DNA of 64,000 bases, taken from Batkoa obscura. Taxonomy: Eukaryota. Below are positions 57,301 to 64,000 of the stretch, piece by piece. Position 1 is the stretch's first letter, and every line of letters begins with the position of its first letter. The notes beneath the pieces were generated by a model. It ran no database searches and was not told the DNA's origin. It worked only from the letters and a program-made list of their open reading frames with translations. The stretch spans positions 806,001 to 870,000 of the forward strand of contig JASVEC010000001.1 in the NCBI GenBank assembly GCA_030770535.1, in the 5' to 3' direction. The position numbers and the translations under genes were made by a program.

Positions 57301-58360
57301 TTTGTGTTTCTTAAACTTAAAAACCCTTCTTTCCCTTTCCAACCCATCAATTTTTTAAATGAGCATCCACTCATTTCCAAAAATTCAAATAGTTCCTTAA
57401 CCATCTGCATATTCAATAGCTTACATGCTGATTTTAAATAAGCTTCTAATGCTTTTCTGCGCTCCAAAGACAACTGTGCCGAATGTTCTACGTTTCTTGA
57501 AAATGCTCTTTGAAATGTATACGAAAAAATCGACGGAAAGCTGGGGATTGCCTTCACTTTCCCTTGAAACTTGCGCTTGTGCATATTCGCTCTCAGCTCT
57601 AAAAAATCAATTAAGCGTCGATAGATCACCCATCGAATAGGTCCATATTGTAGCTCAATACGAAATATATGACCATTGTCCTTAACACCATCGCCATCCC
57701 TATCGGCAGAGGAATCCGTGATTTCAAGCTAAAGATAAATAAATACATTGGTTTTCTTTTTATATTGGGGTTATAACTTAAAATTTACCTCTAAAGCTTC
57801 AAGTATAATAGCTGGAGGTTCTCTTCCATGATCATAGTTGAAGTGATAAGAAGGGATAGCTAAAGCACTAGTCAAAAGAGGAAAAATACTTTGTTCTGAG
57901 ATGTAATTTTTCTTTTTTTGTCTTAAGACAGAGTTGGCTAACCTGATGTTAAATACCGCTTTCTTTAGTTTTTTGGTACCTTCTCTCTCTAGTCCTGAAT
58001 TATTATCATATGGTATCATAGCAGTATTGGAGTTGATTGTTACTGCATTGCTTTTTGTATTCTGGGCCGAGGCAGTTTCTTTGACGATACTATCGCCATC
58101 CAGGTCCTGGTTTTTTGGTTCTTTTATAAAACTATTTTCGTTTACCTCTCCTTCATTTAGTGATATTTCTCCATTGACATCTCCCTTTATTGGTGACTTT
58201 ATACTAGGTTCCATGGAACTCTAAGGATATGGAGGGTACAATTATAAATTTAAAGTTACATATAAAGGATACTACTTACCAGATAAATGTTAGGGGGGTA
58301 TTGCGTTGGATTTAATGGTGAGACAGGAATTGTTGTGTCTTCAGGTTCATTACGTGTCAT
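54344..58360 (-). CDS. Phospholipase D1/Spo14-type (PX-PH, two HKD motifs), multi-exon
   Basis: HHEKICVID and [38 protein letters not shown]. Confidence 0.96.
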
Positions 58361-59329
58361 TGAAGATTAATAAGTAAATTTGGTAAGCAAGTGAGATTAA
58401 GCTAATCAGCAAAAAAAAAGCAAATAATTAAAGAAGAGTAGAACTCATTTATTAATGGAAATTTTGTTCTTATCCTCTTTTTTTAGCAAGCCACTATGTT
58501 TGAGATATAGTTTTAAATTTATTGTTAGGCTTAAAATTCTGATCTTAGACTTTTTTGGGAATTTTTAGCTGATAAAGTGATTTCATGCGTTAAGTTTTTG
58601 GAAGTTAGCTCACTATGAGCTAAGATTAAATTTCCTAGGTTCTTTTTTTTGCTCTAGGCATGTGTTCTTATTCTTGGAAATTAATGCTCGCCCTATGTGA
58701 GTTTGAAATTGGGTAGTGTTATTGTAATAGTAAAAATATAGCTCGAATAATTGTTTTACTGCCTGTATTTTTATTTTTCAAAACTTTCACTATCAAAAAA
58801 TCAAAGCACCTCTATAAAAATCACTATAATACCAAATTCGAGTATTATTTAAACCTCTAATCATTCTTAAATTTAATACTATCAAACTTTAGATCAAATA
58901 AATAAGATAAATAAAACTGTTGATAAATCGTGATAAAATTAGTTAAACCACTATTATAAATTTAACTTTCTATCTCACGTTTGTAATATATTGGTGATTG
59001 ATGATTGTTTTTTTGAAAGAATAATAAAAGTTAATGACTGGCTTGAGTTTGATGTTACTGTTACTGTTGCAGTAATAGAAAACATAAAGATTGATAAGCT
59101 TATAAATTTTATTGATCTTAGTTTTTTTACATATAACCTAAAGCTCTAAATTGAGACAATTTAAATATTTGATTCACTGTATTTTAAAATTAAATCGCCG
59201 AATATTTATTAAATAGTTTGAAAGTTTAAAAAAGTATGACTATTTTATTTTTAAATATCAATGTTTTGATACTTTCAACTTGGTTTTATTTATTCTATCT
59301 CACAATGATATAAAACATTTAAGAAATAA

Positions 59330-59477
59330 AACATTTATTTAAGAACAGTAGGAGTAACATTTATTAAAGAGCAAAATAAAATTATTAAAGAACTTTTTAT
59401 TATACTAAAACCGAAAAATTGAAAACTGTTTTTATTTTCTATTATCAATGTAACTCCTAACGGCTTTTAATAATGTT
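59330..59477. repeat. Imperfect foldback element with ~50-bp arms, probably an old MITE
   Basis: TAGGAGTAACATT (59349-59361) versus AATGTAACTCCTA (59447-59459), extending on both sides. Confidence 0.6.
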
Positions 59478-59571
59478 CATCGTATTTTAATTTGAATGTT
59501 TCGGTCTAATTATGAACTCAGTTGTATCAGCTAACATTCTAAATTGTGGTGAAAATATTATATAAAGTATA

Positions 59572-59787
59572 CAATATTTTCAATCCATCACAGCTGTCTC
59601 ACGAAAAAATTTAAACAAACTGATCGAAAAAATTCGATAATAATTTTGGACAAAAGTGAACAAAGGTGAGCAAAATTGTAGACTTCAGTTATTATATCCT
59701 ATATATTTTTTTAAAACTTTTTTTTATCAAAACTCTATCAGTTTGTTTAGATTTTTTCATGAGAGAGCTGTGATCGGTTAAGTACTG
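59572..59787. mobile_element. Tc1/mariner-type MITE, 216 bp
   Basis: 35 of 38 bases match in the inverted repeat ATCACAGCTGTCTCACGAAAAAATTTAAACAAACTGAT; ends TA|CAATA...TACTG|TA. Confidence 0.75.
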
Positions 59788-60277
59788 TATTGGGTTTAAT
59801 TTATTATAAGCAATTTTCATTTTTTAATGCTTTAGCGAAATGCTCACAAAATCAAATAATTTAATGAATAAAAGCGAGACTTGTTAGAACTTAAACTAAT
59901 CATTTTTAAATATGAGATTGAATGTTAGTTAAAAAATTATAATCTTCATACAACAGATAGCAATACAATAGCATTAATATTGTAAAGTTGTTTCTATTTT
60001 TCTTTTGTCAGTAGTCTTTTTACATTTTAATAATCCACTTAGTCACACTTAAACTGCTAATAGTAATCTCTTTTAAATAGGGAAAGCAATAGTGACAAAT
60101 CAAGATATAATTGGATTTAGCAATCAAAAAAAGGTGAGGTGGTCCACGAATAAAACACGAAATACCCATTTCATTGGTTAAAGTCGAGATGAAACATTCT
60201 AAATGGCAGGCAATGATTAGTTAATTTGGATCACGAGGAAAAAGAAATGCAATGGATTCAACCGATTGGCTTTAATC

Positions 60278-60319
60278 TTTCTGGAAGCTTCGATAGCAGT
60301 AGCTAAAACAAATATAAAA
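60278..60319 (+). promoter_or_regulatory. Heat-shock element and TATA-like box upstream of calreticulin
   Basis: TTCtgGAAgcTTC at 60279-60291; TATAAAA at 60313-60319. Confidence 0.55.
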
Positions 60320-60366
60320 AGCAATTTTATAACTTAATAACCTTTAAGTTTTATTTAAGTAAAAAA

Positions 60367-61720
60367 ATGAGAGCTTATAATTACGTATTAACCAGTTTAG
60401 CCATATCCGCAATTAGCGGTAAGGTATACTTTGAAGAGACATTCGATGGGGAGCTCGGAAAAGAATGGGTCAATTCAGAAGCTAAAAAAGATCTCGGAAA
60501 GTTTGTAGTAAGCCCAGGTCAATTTTATGCTGACGAAAAGGCTAGCCGTGGTTTACAAACCTCAGAAGACGCTAGATTTTATGCTATCTCTGCTCCTCTT
60601 AAAGAAGCTATCAATAATAAAGATAAGGATCTCGTTATTCAATTCTCTGTCAAATTTGAACAAGATATTGATTGTGGTGGGGGTTATATTAAGGTACGTT
60701 GTTAAATTCTTTTGTTTTTTTTAACTAAAATGTTTTAGCTCGCTCCTAAATTTGATCCTAAGGAATTAGATGGGGACACCCCCTATAATGTTATGTTTGG
60801 AGTAAGTTTATTCTGTTTAATTATATTAAATTTTATTAATCGTAAATTTATAGCCTGATGTATGTGGTTCTGACCGTAAAGTCCATGCCATCCTTAACTA
60901 CAAAGGAGAAAATAAACTTACCAAGCGTTACGTAAGTGTACCAAGTGACCTTTTAACCCATCAATACACCTTTGCCATTCACCCAGATAAAACTTATGAG
61001 ATTTTAGTCGATAATGAGCAAAAGGTGAACGGAACTTTACTTGAAGATTGGGATTTATTACCACCAAAAGAAATTGAAGACCCTGAAGATAAAAAACCTG
61101 AAGATTGGGTTGAGGAACCAACAATCGATGATCCTGAAGATAAAAAACCTGAAGATTGGGTTGATGGACCAGAAACTATTCCAGATTCAGAAGCTGTTAA
61201 GCCAGAGGATTGGAATGATGAGGATGATGGTGAATGGGAACGTCCTTCCATTCCAAACCCAGAATATAAAGGAGAATTTAAACCAAAAACAATCCCTAAC
61301 CCAGAGTACAAAGGAGAATGGGCCCCTAAGAAGATTCCTAACCCAGAGTATAAGGAAGATGATACTATTGGTCAATATACTTCAGAATATATTGCTTTTG
61401 ATTTATGGCAAGTTAAATCTGGAACCATCTTTGATAACATCTTAATCACAGATGACTTAGAATATGCTAAAGAGTTTTCAGAGAAACATTATGTTGCTCA
61501 CAAAGAAGCTGAAGAAAAGGCACTTGAAGTTGAAGAAAAGAGAAAGGCTGCTGAACAAGAAAAACTTGATAAAGAAAAGGAAGAGGAAGAAAAAGCTAAG
61601 AAAGTAACTGATGAAGCCGAAGCTAAAGCTGAAGAAGAAGAAGAAAAGGAAAAAGAAAAAGAAAAGGAGTCTGAGGAAGATTTGGATTTGGATTTGGAAG
61701 ATGAAAAGGATGAGCTTTAA
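60367..61720 (+). CDS. CRT: Calreticulin, 3 exons
   Basis: Signal peptide, [31 protein letters not shown]-domain KPEDW repeats, [13 protein letters not shown], acidic tail, C-terminal KDEL, no TM helix. Confidence 0.95.
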
Positions 61721-62064
61721 GCTGTTTGAAGTTTTACACTATTTTTTAACTTGAAAAATAGATCATAAAAATCTATAAATAAAATACCAGTATCTAATTT
61801 ATATTTACTTTTTGTTTTATAATTTCATTAACTTTTAATATATAATAAATAAATATTAAACATTAATAAGGGCAAAAACATAAACAGCAATGAACTATAA
61901 TAAAAAAAAACAATAATTGGATACAATAAATAATGAATAGAAGATAACAAGATTCAAATAATAATGATATATAACAATTAAAAAAAGGGCTTCTATCAAC
62001 TACTTTATTAAAGCGATAACACATGTAAATAGTATAGTAGTTCTATATATCATTTTTGTTTAAA

Positions 62065-63033
62065 TCATAATTCAGCAGTAGGCCTTTGAAATTCTACAAT
62101 ACCATTATAAATATATTTGGACTCTATGTTTTCAAGGTGTAAAAGTTGGCTTCGAACATAGCGAACCATATAAGCTATTTGTTTTTCTTTAATTGAGCCT
62201 TCACAAGTGGTGAAAAAATTTCTATTTAAAAAGTTAAATGAATTAAAACATGTAAAAAAAGGTTTAAGATTACCTCCAAAGTGCAGCTGCAAGCACAAGG
62301 TCTGATTTACACATACCCTCGTCATAAGCTAAGTTAGATCCACGGAAAGACTGGATCATTTCCTTTACTGTTTTAACTACTATTCTTTCTGATTTGATCT
62401 AGATATGAAGTTATATATTAAAAACTATTGATACTGACACAATTAATAACTTACTCCATAATCCCTAATCTTATGCTCTACGCCATTAAAAAACCTATTA
62501 ACTAACATCTGGTTGGTAGCTCTACCATTAGGTTCTGCACGAATCCTAACCATAACCATCCATAAATGTAACTGAGTGATAGAAAACCAAGTTTGAAAGT
62601 TATCAGGAAGTCCACAAACTATAAAGGTTAAAATCCCATTACTATTATTGTTAAATAAAAATAATATATTTCTTTACCTTCCACAAAGAACTCTTTGTTA
62701 TCATCCAACATCTCTTCACATGAAGTATAAATCCCTTGTACCTGTCGAGTTAATACTACTTGAGGGATCTTGTGTAGGTTTAATTTAACAACTAGCTTTT
62801 CATACCATGTTTTTGGGTTCTCAAAACCAATGATAGGGTGTTCCTCCTTTTTAGCAGCCAAGAGGGAAGTATTATGAAACGCTCTTGTTGAAGCTACCAT
62901 TGTATTTACTGGTTTTATACTTGGGGTTAATGCTGTGAGAAGACACTGTTTTTGATACTATTAGTTTATGAATTCGTTACTTTTTATCTTTACTTACTTT
63001 GGATGTGGGTTTGTTGATTAAATTCGATTTCAT
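62065..63033 (-). CDS. CBP3: Ubiquinol-cytochrome c chaperone Cbp3/UQCC1, multi-exon
   Basis: FQTWFSITQLHLWMVMVRIR, AYDEG..SDLVLAAALWRN, MVRYVRSQ. Confidence 0.9.
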
Positions 63034-63300
63034 TTTTTTAAAAGTTTAAATAAACAAGTATTTTTTTTGAAAAAATGAAGATTATTTTTGATTTTTAACT
63101 ATTAAGGTTTTTTTCGCTTGAAAATGATTGGCTTTTGATTTTGTGCAAATATGATTTTCAATGAATAAAAATGGGAAATTTTACGATTTTATTTGAATAT
63201 CTTTCTAAGCAATAATATTTCCACCTTATAATAAAATAAAATTTTATATGACAATAGTAATAAATAGTTTCATATTCATAATTTTTATTCAAAATATAAA

Positions 63301-64000
63301 TTAATTGAAAATTTTAATAGCTTTTTCTCCAAACCTTTGGAACCTAGAACTTTTATCCAAATGGTCCAACCCAAGTTGATGTTCTAAATTGAATTCAATT
63401 CCTTGCCATTCTTCATCTAATAAAATTGAAACAATAATTAATATTCATCATCCTTATTAAATAACCAAACGAACTAATTACCATTTTCAATATAACTAGA
63501 TTGTAAACTATATAAGCTATCCCCTACGACCGATGCTAACTTATATTTAGAAAATTCTTTTTCAGATACCCCTAATCGATTACTTAATCGTACTTTAAAG
63601 TCTTCAAATGGCTCATCCTAACAATTGTTGATAACTAAACAATATAAACAAAACAAACTCATTTACCTTCGATTTTTTAATTAGGAAAGGAGTACCATGG
63701 GTGCGAATTTCCTCTTTAGAAAAGTGAAATACAGGCACCAAAACATCTGATTCTTGGGTCTTACTATTTTCTGGTGTTATAGTCTAATAAAAAACATAAA
63801 TATACATTCAACAAAGCCAAGACTTTAACTTACTTCTGCATAAATCACTGCATGCTTACTAAGCTCTGAAACCAAAAGGTCCTCCTCAACAAAGCCAGTA
63901 AATCTTGATTGGTCTGCTTCATAGCATTGAATATTTTCCACTTTAATATTGGTTTCTTCAAGCTTTTCATAGAGCAATTCTAATACTTCTTTCATGCTTC
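63301..64000 (-). CDS. UBP15: 3' end of a USP7/Ubp15 deubiquitinase; continues beyond the window
   Basis: VFHFSKE..THGTPF, EPFEDFKVRL, LGLDHLDK, C-terminal EKAIKIFN*. Confidence 0.88.

Noticed and set aside
60918..61445. Overlapping antisense and alternative-frame ORFs in calreticulin, also in PLD, MCM7 and PTC7
   Set aside because: Shadows of real coding sequence and P-domain repeats

Overview
AT-rich eukaryotic genomic DNA with many short GT-AG introns. The gene content (Rom1/2-type RhoGEF, Spo7, Mdm10, Kex2 alongside FANCD2, cobalamin-dependent methylmalonyl-CoA mutase, KDEL calreticulin and an animal-like myosin regulatory light chain) points to an early-diverging, non-Dikarya fungus; this assignment is an inference. 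I can support about 19 protein-coding genes, one intact tRNA-Ser(GCT) and one degenerate tRNA-like locus carrying a hairpin insert. The intergenic DNA holds 12 copies of a ~99-bp MITE (GGGG..CCCC ends, 4-bp A/T target duplications), three copies of a solo-LTR family, other foldback elements, and decayed P450, F-box, copia-pol and integrase relics. Exon boundaries were read by eye, so multi-exon coordinates are whole-gene spans. No single, clearly novel multi-gene system is demonstrated. The best leads are the MITE family, an F-box/MITE/P450 junction, the tRNA-like hairpin locus and an apparently N-truncated TopBP1-like gene.
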